64,000 nucleotides of DNA. It comes from Gammaproteobacteria bacterium. GTDB taxonomy: Bacteria > Pseudomonadota > Gammaproteobacteria > Steroidobacterales > GCA-2729495. The notes below the pieces were generated by a model. It saw only the letters and a list, made by a program, of their open reading frames with translations, made no database searches and had not been told where the DNA came from. The position numbers and the translations under genes are program-made. This document shows, piece after piece, positions 35,943 to 45,134 of this stretch. The stretch is from the NCBI GenBank assembly GCA_020851975.1, contig JADZBS010000030.1, positions 2,101 through 66,100 of the forward strand. The letters are read 5' to 3'. Within the stretch, counting starts at the first letter, position 1. Every line of letters starts with the position of its first letter.

Positions 35943-36660
35943 GCTGTCGGTGGAATGCGTAACGCGGGCCGGGGAGAGCGTCATCCTATACGATGCCTCC
36001 CTGATCAACCACGTGCGTGAGGCGTGGTTCGAGCCGGCGACCTGGACGGCAGCGACACTCGCCCCGCGTGCCGCGGCCGGTCGTGGCGCGACACTGTTCG
36101 TCGAGTGCGAGGGCCAGCACTGGGTCCTGCGTCACTACTACCGCGGTGGCGCTGTCGCGCGCCTGGTCACCGACCGCTACGCCTGGGCGGGCGAGAAGCG
36201 CACGCGCTCCTTCGCGGAATGGCGGCTGCTCGCGCGCCTGCGTGCCGCGGGCCTGCCGGTGCCGCGGCCGGTGGCCGCACGCTACCGGCGTCACGCGCTG
36301 ACCTACACGGCGGATCTCATCACCGCGCGCATCCCCGATGTCGTGCCCCTGTCGGTGCGCATGGCGCGCGGTGTGGTGGATGAAGCCACCTGGCAGCGAA
36401 TCGGTGCCTGCATCGCGCGCTTTCATGCCGCCGGCGTGTGCCACGCCGACCTCAACGCGCACAACGTGCAGGTCGACGGCGCCGGCGGGATATACCTCCT
36501 CGACTTCGATCGCGGCCGCATCATGCCTGGCGATGGTCCCTGGCGAGCGCGCAACCTGCAGCGACTGCAGCGCTCGCTGCACAAGGTGGCCGGGAACCTC
36601 GCCGCCGGCGCCTGGCCCGCGTTGCTGGCCGGGTACGCCGCGCATCAGCCGCTGCCGTAG
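35941..36660 (+). CDS. kdkA: 3-deoxy-D-manno-octulosonic acid (Kdo) kinase
   Basis: RHYYRGG, E...L..L...GLPVP.P and HADLNAHNV..D....YLLDFDRG motifs. The length is typical for KdkA. Confidence 0.85.
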   Translation: MLSVECVTRAGESVILYDASLINHVREAWFEPATWTAATLAPRAAAGRGATLFVECEGQHWVLRHYYRGGAVARLVTDRYAWAGEKRTRSFAEWRLLARLRAAGLPVPRPVAARYRRHALTYTADLITARIPDVVPLSVRMARGVVDEATWQRIGACIARFHAAGVCHADLNAHNVQVDGAGGIYLLDFDRGRIMPGDGPWRARNLQRLQRSLHKVAGNLAAGAWPALLAGYAAHQPLP

Positions 36661-37583
36661 GGGTCAGGGTAGTCCGGCCCCCGGCCCTTGAAGCGCCGGT
36701 GGATCCAGTAGTACTCCTCGGGCGCCTCGCGGATCCAGCGCTCCAGGATGGCGTTGACGCGCAGCGCATCGGCGGCCGGATCGGCACTCGGGAAGTCCGC
36801 CAGCGCCGGCTCGAAGCGCATGGTGTAGCCGCGCCCGCCGGGGAGCCGGTGCGCGACGAAGGGCACCACCGGCGCCTTGCCGATGCGTGCGATGTGGGTG
36901 AGTGCCGCGTTGGTCATGGCCGGTTCGCCGAAGAACGGCACGAGCACGCTGTACTGGCGGCGATAGCTCTGGTCGGCCGCGTACCAGACCGACACGCCGC
37001 GGGCGAGGCAGCGGATCATGGCCCGCATGCTCTCCTTGGGGATCAGCGTGGGCGTGATCCGCAGGCGGGCGCGCCGCAGCAGCGCATCGGCCATCGGGTT
37101 GCGGTTCGCACGATACATGCCGGCGATCTGCGGGTGGTCGAGGGCCACGCGCCGGCCGGCGAACTCGATGGGGGCAAGGTGGGCGCTGAGCAGGATGGCA
37201 CCGCGGCCGTCGCGCGTGGCCTCGTGCAGGTGCTCGAGGCCTTCGAGGTGCGTGAGTCGTCTCACCCTGGCGTCGCTCGCCCACCAGGTCAGGCCGATCT
37301 CCACCACCTGCGTGCCGAGCGAGGCGAAATGGCGACGCAGCAGGCGCCCGCGCGCCTTGTCGTCGAGTTCCGGAAAGCACAGCCGCAGGTTGGCCGCCGC
37401 GACCGCCCGGCGCGAGGGCAGCGCCACCCAGGCGAGCGCACCGAACCCGCGGCCGGCGAGCCGCAGGACCGGGTAGGGGAGCAGGACCAGCAGCCGCAAC
37501 AGGCCCATGGCGAGCCACAGCGGCCAGTAGCGGGGCTGCCAGTACTGCAGCAGCGAGTCGTCGTGGCGGGGATCGGTGTTCAT
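36645..37583 (-). CDS. lpxL: Lipid A biosynthesis lauroyl/late acyltransferase (LpxL/HtrB family)
   Basis: N-terminal TM helix, AANLRLCFPE, the LSAHL..IEF (HX4-type) region, and a C-terminal EYYWIHRRFK. ATG 37583 (alternative 37598). Confidence 0.85.
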   Translation of the reverse strand: MNTDPRHDDSLLQYWQPRYWPLWLAMGLLRLLVLLPYPVLRLAGRGFGALAWVALPSRRAVAAANLRLCFPELDDKARGRLLRRHFASLGTQVVEIGLTWWASDARVRRLTHLEGLEHLHEATRDGRGAILLSAHLAPIEFAGRRVALDHPQIAGMYRANRNPMADALLRRARLRITPTLIPKESMRAMIRCLARGVSVWYAADQSYRRQYSVLVPFFGEPAMTNAALTHIARIGKAPVVPFVAHRLPGGRGYTMRFEPALADFPSADPAADALRVNAILERWIREAPEEYYWIHRRFKGRGPDYPDPYGSG

Positions 37584-37643
37584 GCGGCGAGGCAACATGC
37601 TAGGGGGCTGGGCGCGGCGACGAAAGGGGTGGCCTGGCCAGGG

Positions 37644-37670
37644 GTTGAAATCCGGGGGCCGACCCCGACT
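37644..37670 (+). promoter_or_regulatory. Sigma-32-like heat-shock promoter upstream of htpX
   Basis: GTTGAAA-N12-CCCCGACT, compared with the consensus CTTGAAA-N13-15-CCCCATNT. It ends 33 nt upstream of the GTG start, and GGAGG lies 6 nt before that start. Confidence 0.45.
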
Positions 37671-37703
37671 AAATAGGCGCCCTTTCCACAACGGAGGCTC
37701 GAC

Positions 37704-38585
37704 GTGAAACGGATCTTCCTGCTGGTCGTGACCAACATCGCCGTGCTGGCGGTCCTGTCCGTGGTGGCACGGATCCTCGGTGTCGACCGGGTCCTCGACC
37801 AGCAGGGTGGCATCGATTTCTCGAGCCTGCTGGCCTTCTGCGCGGTGTTCGGCTTCGGCGGCGCGCTGATTTCACTCGCCATGTCGAAGTGGATCGCCAA
37901 GCGCAGCACCGGCGCGCGCGTCATCACCCAGCCGGCCAATGCCACGGAGACTTGGCTGTACTCGACGGTGCAGCGCCAGGCGCAGCAGGCGGGCATCGGC
38001 ATGCCGGAGGTGGCGATCTACGAGTCCCCTGACCTGAACGCCTTCGCCACCGGCGCCCGGCGCGACAGCGCACTCGTCGCCGTCAGCACCGGGCTGCTGC
38101 AGCGCATGGACCGGCACGAGGTGGAGGCCGTGCTCGGCCACGAGATCTCCCACGTCGCCAATGGCGACATGGTCACGCTGACCCTGATCCAGGGCGTGGT
38201 CAACACGTTCGTGCTGTTTCTCTCGCGCATCATCGGCTACGTGGTGGATCGCGCGGTGTTCCGCTCCGAGCGCGACCATGGCCCGGGCTTCTTCATTACC
38301 AGCATGGTGGCCCAGATCGTCCTCGGCGTGCTGGCGAGCATGATCGTCGCCTGGTTCTCGCGCCAGCGCGAGTTCCGGGCCGACGCCGGCGGGGCGAGCC
38401 TCGCCGGTCGCGACGGCATGATCGCGGCGCTCGAGCGGCTGAAGACAGCCCACGAGCCGGCGGCGCTGCCGGACTCCATGAAGGCCTTCGGCATCGCCGG
38501 TGGCGGCGGGATCGCGCGGCTGTTCATGACCCACCCGCCGCTCGACGAGCGGATCACCGCGCTGCGCAGCTCGCGCGGGTCCTGA
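37704..38585 (+). CDS. htpX: Membrane zinc metalloprotease HtpX
   Basis: N-terminal TM helices, the [11 protein letters not shown] (HExxH) motif and a C-terminal HPPLDERI. Colinear with E. coli HtpX. Confidence 0.9.
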   Translation: MKRIFLLVVTNIAVLAVLSVVARILGVDRVLDQQGGIDFSSLLAFCAVFGFGGALISLAMSKWIAKRSTGARVITQPANATETWLYSTVQRQAQQAGIGMPEVAIYESPDLNAFATGARRDSALVAVSTGLLQRMDRHEVEAVLGHEISHVANGDMVTLTLIQGVVNTFVLFLSRIIGYVVDRAVFRSERDHGPGFFITSMVAQIVLGVLASMIVAWFSRQREFRADAGGASLAGRDGMIAALERLKTAHEPAALPDSMKAFGIAGGGGIARLFMTHPPLDERITALRSSRGS

Positions 38586-38622
38586 ACGATGCGGTGAGCC
38601 GGTCGGGCGGCCGGGCGCCGTT

Positions 38623-39954
38623 CTATTCGGTGTCCGGGTTGCCGCGGTTGTCGGCGTCGCTGACCTCGCCGGACCGGTCCGGGCGGGTCTTGCTGTCGGC
38701 CGTTTCAGTCGCAAGCGCCAGCTGCCGTCCTGGCTGCGCTTCGGTGCCGATGTGGAACGCGGCGAACCCCGGCATCACGACCTGGTTGACGGCCATGCCG
38801 ATGATGCGCCCCTCCACGGGTGCGTGGATCAGGTTCTGTTCGTTCGTGATCGGGTCGGTGACGTTGCCGAGGATGTCGCCCGGGCGCACCGTCTGGCCGA
38901 GCCGTACCACCGAGAAAAGCACCCCGCCATGGTCGGCTCGCACCCAGCGCGAGCGGTAATAGACCGGCTCCGGCTGCTTCAGCAGCGTCGCCTTGCGGAT
39001 CATGCCGAGCGAGCGCAGGAGCCGGTTGATGCCGGCCACGCCCTGGTCGACCTGCTTCGGCTGCAACCGCAACGGTTCACCCGCCTCCAGGATCACTGCG
39101 GGGATGCCCGCGTCCGTAGCCGCGCGGCGCAGGGTGCCGGGCGAGGCCTCGCTGTTCAACACCAGCATGCCCCCGAAGCCGTGGGCGAGCTCGGCCACGC
39201 GCTCGATGCCGAGGTCGGCACGCACCTGCGGCAGGTTGGCGCGGTAGAAGGAGCCGGTGTGCAGGTCCACCAGCGCATCGCAGTGACGCACGATGCCCTC
39301 GAACAGCGAGTGGGCGATGCGTGCCGCCGAACTTCCCTGGGGATTGCCGGGGAAGAAGCGGTTGAGGTCGCGCCGGTCCGGCAGGTAGCGCGTGCCCCGC
39401 CGGAAGCCGTGGATGTTGACGATGGGAACGCCGATCACCGTGCCCGTCAGCGTGGCGGGGTCGAGGTCCTGGACCACGCGACGCACGATCTCGATGCCGT
39501 TGAGCTCGTCGCCGTGCACCGCGCCGGTGATGCAGAGCGTAGGCCCGGCCTTGTGGCCGTGCACGACCAGCACCGGGGTCTCGCTGCTCATGCCTTCGAA
39601 GATCCGGCTCGCCGACCACATCAGCCGTGTGCTGGTGCCGGCAGGGATCTCGCTGCCGAGAAGCTGCAGGGGCGGGTTGCCGGGGGCAGCATCCGCTTTG
39701 TCGGTGGCAGCAGCCGGGGCGGGAGCCACGGCTGCCGGTCGTGGTTCGGGCTCGCCGGAACCGGCGATGGCCGGTACCGGCACGCTCGCCTCGGTGTCGG
39801 CGGCCCCGGCCGGGGCGCTGCCCGTCTCGTTCGCAGCCGCCGCCGGGGGCTGCGGGGGTGCCGGCGGTTGCTCCGGCGCACACGCGGTGAGCCAGGCCAT
39901 GGCGGCGAGCGGCACCGCGTGGCGGGCGGCACGCCACAGGCCCCGTGGCGACAT
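38623..39954 (-). CDS. Exported succinylglutamate desuccinylase/aspartoacylase (AstE/AspA, M14-like) family lipoprotein with an Ala/Pro-rich linker
   Basis: Lipobox LTAC after MSPRGLWRAARHAVPLAAMAW, then about 100 aa rich in A/P, then the AstE_AspA core (VVHGHKAGPTLCITGAVHGDELNG...DLHTG). ATG 39954; the track ORF begins at 40023. Confidence 0.75.
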   Translation of the reverse strand: MSPRGLWRAARHAVPLAAMAWLTACAPEQPPAPPQPPAAAANETGSAPAGAADTEASVPVPAIAGSGEPEPRPAAVAPAPAAATDKADAAPGNPPLQLLGSEIPAGTSTRLMWSASRIFEGMSSETPVLVVHGHKAGPTLCITGAVHGDELNGIEIVRRVVQDLDPATLTGTVIGVPIVNIHGFRRGTRYLPDRRDLNRFFPGNPQGSSAARIAHSLFEGIVRHCDALVDLHTGSFYRANLPQVRADLGIERVAELAHGFGGMLVLNSEASPGTLRRAATDAGIPAVILEAGEPLRLQPKQVDQGVAGINRLLRSLGMIRKATLLKQPEPVYYRSRWVRADHGGVLFSVVRLGQTVRPGDILGNVTDPITNEQNLIHAPVEGRIIGMAVNQVVMPGFAAFHIGTEAQPGRQLALATETADSKTRPDRSGEVSDADNRGNPDTE

Positions 39955-40310
39955 CGGCGGGCGCGGGGGCCGTGGCAGCAAGGTCAGATTGACAGGCATG
40001 GTCGGGGAACAGCCGGTGTGCATGCCAACAGGTTAGCCGGGCGAAGCCGGCCCGCGCGAGAGACAGTAGCAGTTTTGTCAAGTTGCATGAAGGCGGGTTC
40101 GCCGGCGTGAATGGCGCAACGCGGTGCAGGCACGCGGGCTGCCGCCCCGGTGCAACTCGGAATTATGTGAATGAGTTCGCCAACGCCACGGCCGCGGCCC
40201 GCTAGTCTTGTCGGCGAGCAGGAGCGTACGGTCCGGCCGGGCCGGGTCTTGCTTGCTTTAGAGGGTCCGATTGGCTTATGTATCGCCCGTCAACGCGTTG
40301 CGGGTCTTCG

Positions 40311-42290
40311 ATGTCGCTGCTGTCCAGAGTGCTGCTGGCCCTCGGGGTCGGTTTCATTTCCATTGGGCCTGGGCTGGCTCTGTCCAGCGAGGCGCTGCCG
40401 CGCCCGGCAGGCCTGGAACCGGAGATCGCCTTCTGGCGCCGCATCTTCGCGGAGTGCACGAGCGGGCAGGGGCTGATCCACGACAACCGCCACCTCGGCA
40501 TCGTCTACGAGAAGCTCGACCTGTCGGCGGACGCCAACCCGGCACGCATCGGGCGGCTGGCCGAGGCGGCGCGGGGACGCTACGAGCGCATCCTGCGCGC
40601 GCTCGGCTCGGGCAAGCGCAAGGGGCTCACGGCCGAGGAACGACGGGTTCTGGAGCTCTGGCCGCAGGGCACCAGCAGCCGCGAACTCAAGGAGGCGGCC
40701 GGGCGCGTGCGCTTCCAGCAGGGGCTCGCCGAGCGCTTCCATGCGGGGCTGCTGCGGTCCGGGCAGTGGCGGGATCACATCATCGCGAGCCTGCGCCACG
40801 CCGGCGTGCCCGAGGAACTGGTGGCCCTGCCGCACGTGGAATCCTCCTTCGATCCCAATGCCCGCTCCTTCGTCGGGGCCGCGGGCCTGTGGCAGTTCAC
40901 GGGAGACACCGGGCGGCGCTTCATGCGCATCGACCAGGCCGTCGACGAGCGTCGTGATCCCTTCGCCTCGAGCGAGGCTGCTGCCCAGCTCCTCAAGTAC
41001 AACTACGGCGTGCTGGGATCCTGGCCGCTGGCCATCACCGCCTACAATCACGGCACCGCCGGCATGCGCCGCGCCGCCGAGCGCATGGGTACGACCGACA
41101 TCGAGACCATCGTCCGGCGTTTCGATGGCAAGGCCTTCGGCTTCGCTTCGCGCAACTTCTACGTCTCCTTCCTCGCCGCCCTCGAAATCGAGCAGCATCC
41201 GGAACAGTTCTTCGGTCCGGTGACCCGGCAGGTGCCGCACCCGCAGCTCGTCGTCCAAGTACCGGACTACATGCGCGTGGAAACCCTCGAGAAGGCCTTC
41301 GGGGTGTCGCGCACGACGCTGCAGGCCTACAACCCCGCGCTGTTGCCGCCGGTCTGGGAGGGCGCCAAGTACGTGCCGCGCGGCTTCAACCTGCGCGTGC
41401 CCACGGAGGCCGTGATCGAGGCGCCGCCGCAGCAGCTCCTCGCATCCGTGCCCGCCAGCGCCCGCTTCGCGGCCCAGGTCCCGGACAAGACCCACCGCGT
41501 GAAGCGTGGTGACACGCTCTCGGGCATCGCCCGGCGCTACGGCACCAGCGTGACGAAGCTCGCCCAGGCCAACGGCATCAAGTCCGGCAGCCGTATCCGC
41601 GTGGGCCAGGTCCTGAAGCTGCCGGGCCGTCCCGGCTCACCGGTGAGCGTGGCGGCGGCGCGCGAGCCGGCGCCGAGCGCGACTCCGGCGCCAGCGCCGG
41701 CGCCGGCAAGGACCGCCGCAGCGGCCACCACCGTGCCTGCCCGCCCGCCTGCCGACCTGCCGGCCGTGGAGTCGCCAGCGGCGGTGCGCGAGGCGCTCGG
41801 GGACGCCGGCGGCGAGGCTGCGTCGCGCGCGGACCCCAGCAACTACCTCGTCGCCGACAACGACACCGTCGAGGTCCAGGCTGCCGAAACGCTGAGCCAC
41901 TATGCCGACTGGCTGGAGATCGGCTCCGAGGAGCTGCGCAAGGCCAATGGCTGGTCGCGGCAGCGTTCGCTCGTGCTCGGGCAGCGCGTGCGGCTGGTGT
42001 TCTCCAACGTGAGCCGGGAGACCTTTCTCGGCCGGCGCGTCGCCTATCATCACGACCTGCAGGAGGCATTCTTCACGCGCTACCGGATCGCCGATACGAC
42101 GGAGCACCGGCTGCGCCGCGGCGAGTCGGTGTGGGTGCTCGCCTCGCAGAAGTACAAGGTGCCGGTCTGGCTGCTGCGCCAGTACAACCCGACGCTCGAT
42201 TTCGACCAGGTGCGCCCCGGCACACGGGTGATCTTCCCGCGTCTGGTGCGCGTGGCAGACAACGCGGCAGCCGTTCCGGCGGCAGCGTGA
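40311..42290 (+). CDS. Lytic murein transglycosylase (MltD-like) with a LysM domain
   Basis: Signal peptide, SLT catalytic region ([22 protein letters not shown]), LysM ([28 protein letters not shown]) and an A/P-rich linker. Confidence 0.8.
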   Translation: MSLLSRVLLALGVGFISIGPGLALSSEALPRPAGLEPEIAFWRRIFAECTSGQGLIHDNRHLGIVYEKLDLSADANPARIGRLAEAARGRYERILRALGSGKRKGLTAEERRVLELWPQGTSSRELKEAAGRVRFQQGLAERFHAGLLRSGQWRDHIIASLRHAGVPEELVALPHVESSFDPNARSFVGAAGLWQFTGDTGRRFMRIDQAVDERRDPFASSEAAAQLLKYNYGVLGSWPLAITAYNHGTAGMRRAAERMGTTDIETIVRRFDGKAFGFASRNFYVSFLAALEIEQHPEQFFGPVTRQVPHPQLVVQVPDYMRVETLEKAFGVSRTTLQAYNPALLPPVWEGAKYVPRGFNLRVPTEAVIEAPPQQLLASVPASARFAAQVPDKTHRVKRGDTLSGIARRYGTSVTKLAQANGIKSGSRIRVGQVLKLPGRPGSPVSVAAAREPAPSATPAPAPAPARTAAAATTVPARPPADLPAVESPAAVREALGDAGGEAASRADPSNYLVADNDTVEVQAAETLSHYADWLEIGSEELRKANGWSRQRSLVLGQRVRLVFSNVSRETFLGRRVAYHHDLQEAFFTRYRIADTTEHRLRRGESVWVLASQKYKVPVWLLRQYNPTLDFDQVRPGTRVIFPRLVRVADNAAAVPAAA

Positions 42291-42295
42291 GGACG

Positions 42296-42838
42296 ATGGC
42301 CATGCAGTCACGCGGTTCCTGGCGGTGTGCCCTCGCGACCGGTGCGGCGGCCCTGCTGCTGGCGATGAACGGCACCGATGCTGCGATTGCCACGGGTGCG
42401 GCAACGGGTGCGGAGCGTGCCGATCGCGTGGTCGTGCGCAAGTCCGAACGCGCCCTCTACCTCATGCACGGCGACACGGTGCTGCGCCGCTTCCGCGTGG
42501 CGCTCGGACTCGAGCCGCAGGGCCACAAGGCGCGCGAGGGCGACTTCCGCACGCCGGAGGGGAGCTATACGCTGCTCGAACGCAATGCCGACAGCGAATA
42601 CTTCCTCTCCATCCGCATCTCATATCCGAGCACCGCCGACCGGAAGCGGGCGCGGCGCAACGGCCACGCGCCGGGTGGCGCCATCATGATCCACGGCCAG
42701 CCGAACAACCCGACGCGTTCGCAGGAGTACTACCGGCGCACCGACTGGACCAACGGCTGCATCGCCGTGTCGAACGCCGACATGGTGGACATCTGGCTCA
42801 TGACCGCCCGCCACACGCCCATCGAGATCCTGCCATGA
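42296..42838 (+). CDS. L,D-transpeptidase (YkuD domain)
   Basis: Signal peptide and the catalytic motif IMIHGQPN...TNGCIAVSN. Confidence 0.85.
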   Translation: MAMQSRGSWRCALATGAAALLLAMNGTDAAIATGAATGAERADRVVVRKSERALYLMHGDTVLRRFRVALGLEPQGHKAREGDFRTPEGSYTLLERNADSEYFLSIRISYPSTADRKRARRNGHAPGGAIMIHGQPNNPTRSQEYYRRTDWTNGCIAVSNADMVDIWLMTARHTPIEILP

Positions 42839-44226
42839 CCGCTCCGCGGAAGGCCGGCCGCACTGCCACCGAGACGCTCGTCGAGGTGATGCCGGAAGGC
42901 AGCCTGGAACTGCTGTCCCAGCACGAAGTCAATCGCCTGCGCAGCACCGGCGAAGGCGGCCAGCACGAGGTGCTGCGCCGCTGCGCGCTGGCGGTGCTCA
43001 ACGTCGGCGGCCACACCGACGACACCCGCGAGGTGCTGGAGAAGTACCGCGACTTCGAGGTTCTCATCGTCCAGCAGGACCGGGGCGTGAAGCTGGCGCT
43101 GCGCAACGCGCCGCCCGAGGCCTTCGTCGACGGGCGCATGATCCGCGGCATCCGCGAGCTGCTGTTCGCGGTGCTGCGCGACGTGGTCTACATCAACACC
43201 GAGGTGGCTGGTGGGGCCCAGTTCGACCTCGGCAGCAGCGATGGCATCACCAACGCCGTTTTCCACATCCTGCGCAATGCCGGCACCCTGCGGGCCGGCG
43301 AGCCCGACCTCGTCGTGTGCTGGGGCGGGCACGCCATCAGCCGGGAGGAGTACGACTACTCCAAGAAAGTGGGCTACGAGATCGGCCTGCGCGAGATGAA
43401 CGTGTGCACCGGCTGCGGCCGCGGCGCCATGAAGGGCCCGATGAAGGGCGCGGCCGTCGGACACGCCAAGCAGCGCATCGCCGATGGCCGCTACATCGGC
43501 ATCACCGAGCCCGGCATCATCGCCGCCGAGTCGCCGAACCCGATCGTGAACCAGCTGGTGATCATGCCGGACATGGAGAAGCGGCTCGAGGCATTCGTGC
43601 GCATCGCCCATGCCATCGTGGTCTTTCCGGGCGGCGTGGGCACGGCCGAGGAATTCCTGTTCCTGCTCGGCATCCTGCTCGACCCGCGCAACCGCGACCT
43701 GACGCTGCCGGTGGTGCTCACCGGGCCGCCGTCGAGTGCTGCCTACTTCACCCAGATCGACGCCTTCATCGGCGCGACCCTCGGTCGCGAGGCGCAGCAG
43801 CGCTACCAGATCAGCATCGGTGACCCGGCCGCCGTGGCGACCATGCTGCGCCAGGGCATGCGCCGCGTCCGGGATTTTCGCCACGCCCAGAACGACGCCT
43901 ATTATTTCAACTGGCGCCTGCACCTGGAAATGGACCTGCAGCGGCCGTTCCACGCCACGCACGAGAACATGGCCGCGCTTGCGCTCTACCGCAACCAGCC
44001 GCCGTCGCAGCTCGCCGCCAGCCTGCGCAAGGCCTTCTCGGGCCTGGTCTCGGGCAACGTCAAGGACGAGGGCATCCGCGCCATCGAGAGCCACGGGCCC
44101 TTTGAGCTCTCCGGTGATCGTGATGTCATGAGCCAGCTCGATCGCCTGCTCGCGGCCTTCGTGGCGCAGCAGCGCATGAAACTGCCCGGGCGCGCCTACC
44201 AGCCCTGCTACCGGCTCGTCGTCTGA
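42835..44226 (+). CDS. ppnN: Pyrimidine/purine nucleotide 5'-monophosphate nucleosidase (LOG family, YgdH)
   Basis: Colinear with E. coli PpnN (VVCWGGH.I, CTGCG.GAM.GPMKGAAVGHA.QR, PGGVGTAEE, MKLPG.AY.PCY). ATG overlaps the upstream TGA (ATGA). Confidence 0.85.
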   Translation: MTAPRKAGRTATETLVEVMPEGSLELLSQHEVNRLRSTGEGGQHEVLRRCALAVLNVGGHTDDTREVLEKYRDFEVLIVQQDRGVKLALRNAPPEAFVDGRMIRGIRELLFAVLRDVVYINTEVAGGAQFDLGSSDGITNAVFHILRNAGTLRAGEPDLVVCWGGHAISREEYDYSKKVGYEIGLREMNVCTGCGRGAMKGPMKGAAVGHAKQRIADGRYIGITEPGIIAAESPNPIVNQLVIMPDMEKRLEAFVRIAHAIVVFPGGVGTAEEFLFLLGILLDPRNRDLTLPVVLTGPPSSAAYFTQIDAFIGATLGREAQQRYQISIGDPAAVATMLRQGMRRVRDFRHAQNDAYYFNWRLHLEMDLQRPFHATHENMAALALYRNQPPSQLAASLRKAFSGLVSGNVKDEGIRAIESHGPFELSGDRDVMSQLDRLLAAFVAQQRMKLPGRAYQPCYRLVV

Positions 44227-44228
44227 GC

Positions 44229-44261
44229 CGCAGCGCGAGGCTGCGACGCGCCGCGCGTCGC
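44229..44261 (+). terminator. Two adjacent GC-rich hairpins after ppnN (candidate terminator, no U-tract)
   Basis: CGCAGC-gcgag-GCTGCG and GCGACGCG-ccg-CGCGTCGC lie immediately after the stop at 44224..44226. Confidence 0.3.
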
Positions 44262-44363
44262 ATAACGCGGCTGTTAAATCGGTCGCCTGTGATCTGGTTC
44301 CTCGTGGGAAACCGGCACCGTTCCTAAGCTGACCTCCACTCTGGAGGTCTGGGGACGGTCACG

Positions 44364-44648
44364 ATGAACCATTACAAGAACAACACGCTCGCCCCGCCCG
44401 CCGATCACGCCGCTGCCAATGGCACGGACAGGCCGGGATACCAGTCGACGCTGCGCAACGGACGCATGCGCAACCTCGTTGCACCGGAAGGCCACGACAT
44501 GGGCGGCTGGGACTCCTACCGTCGCTGGCTCGACCGCGTGCAGTCGCCGGACAAGCGGCGCAGCCCGATGGACCCGGCGCTGTACACCTGGAAGGGTTAT
44601 CGCAGCTGGTCGGAGAAGGTGCGCAGGGACTGGAAGCAGGACGACTGA
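44364..44648 (+). CDS. Hypothetical 94-aa protein
   Basis: An ATG-to-TGA ORF with strongly G/C-rich third positions. Hydrophilic, Arg/Trp-rich. I recognise no family. Confidence 0.55.
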   Translation: MNHYKNNTLAPPADHAAANGTDRPGYQSTLRNGRMRNLVAPEGHDMGGWDSYRRWLDRVQSPDKRRSPMDPALYTWKGYRSWSEKVRRDWKQDD

Positions 44649-44734
44649 TCATGCCGGCCCTGGACACCGGCGCCGGCCCACCCGGTGCGCCGCTACCTAT
44701 AACAACAACGAACGCAAGTCACCGATCCGAAACC

Positions 44735-44923
44735 ATGTCTGACCGCAACGACGACGACTTCATCAGGAACCCGGACACCCGCTCGCGCCGGGCCTGGATC
44801 AACCGAGCCCTGCAGGGTGTACGCCGCCGCCTCGAGACCGGCGAGGGACTGCCACCGGCCCCCGAGGCCGAGCAGCCCCCGCCGCCGCACCTCTACGTCG
44901 TGCGCTCGCGGCGCGAGGGCTGA
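44735..44923 (+). CDS. Hypothetical 62-aa protein (possibly the N-terminal part of a 122-codon gene broken by a TGA)
   Basis: G/C-rich third positions from ATG 44735. The upstream part of the track ORF (44651..) loses that bias. No obvious SD sequence. Confidence 0.4.
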   Translation: MSDRNDDDFIRNPDTRSRRAWINRALQGVRRRLETGEGLPPAPEAEQPPPPHLYVVRSRREG

Positions 44924-44929
44924 GCCGGC

Positions 44930-45103
44930 GTGCGCCTCGCCGATGTCCAGCCCGAGCGCGCCCTGCGCTGGCTCGACTCCCTCGACGGCCTCGCCTTTGC
45001 GGTGCGGCTCGTCTGCGCCGGGTATTGGGGCCGGCGCCTGCGCCTGCTGGGGCTGACGGCCACCCTGGTCCTGCTGGTGATCGGCCGCTTCCCGCCGTCG
45101 TGA
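44930..45103 (+). CDS. Candidate 57-aa protein with a C-terminal TM helix (below the ORF-track cut-off; same frame as 44735..44923)
   Basis: From GTG 44930 to TGA 45101..45103. I counted 54 of 57 third positions as G/C. The translation is VRLADVQPERALRWLDSLDGLAFAVRLVCAGYWGRRLRLLGLTATLVLLVIGRFPPS. Confidence 0.4.
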   Translation: MRLADVQPERALRWLDSLDGLAFAVRLVCAGYWGRRLRLLGLTATLVLLVIGRFPPS

Positions 45104-45134
45104 CCCCCTGAAGTCCCCCTGCCGACGGCCGGCA

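Noticed and set aside
44921-44923. The TGA between the two same-frame small ORFs as a selenocysteine codon.
   Set aside because: The downstream hairpin is short (5 bp) and of a kind that arises easily in GC-rich DNA. There is no Cys/Sec-type redox motif around the position and no sel genes in the window.
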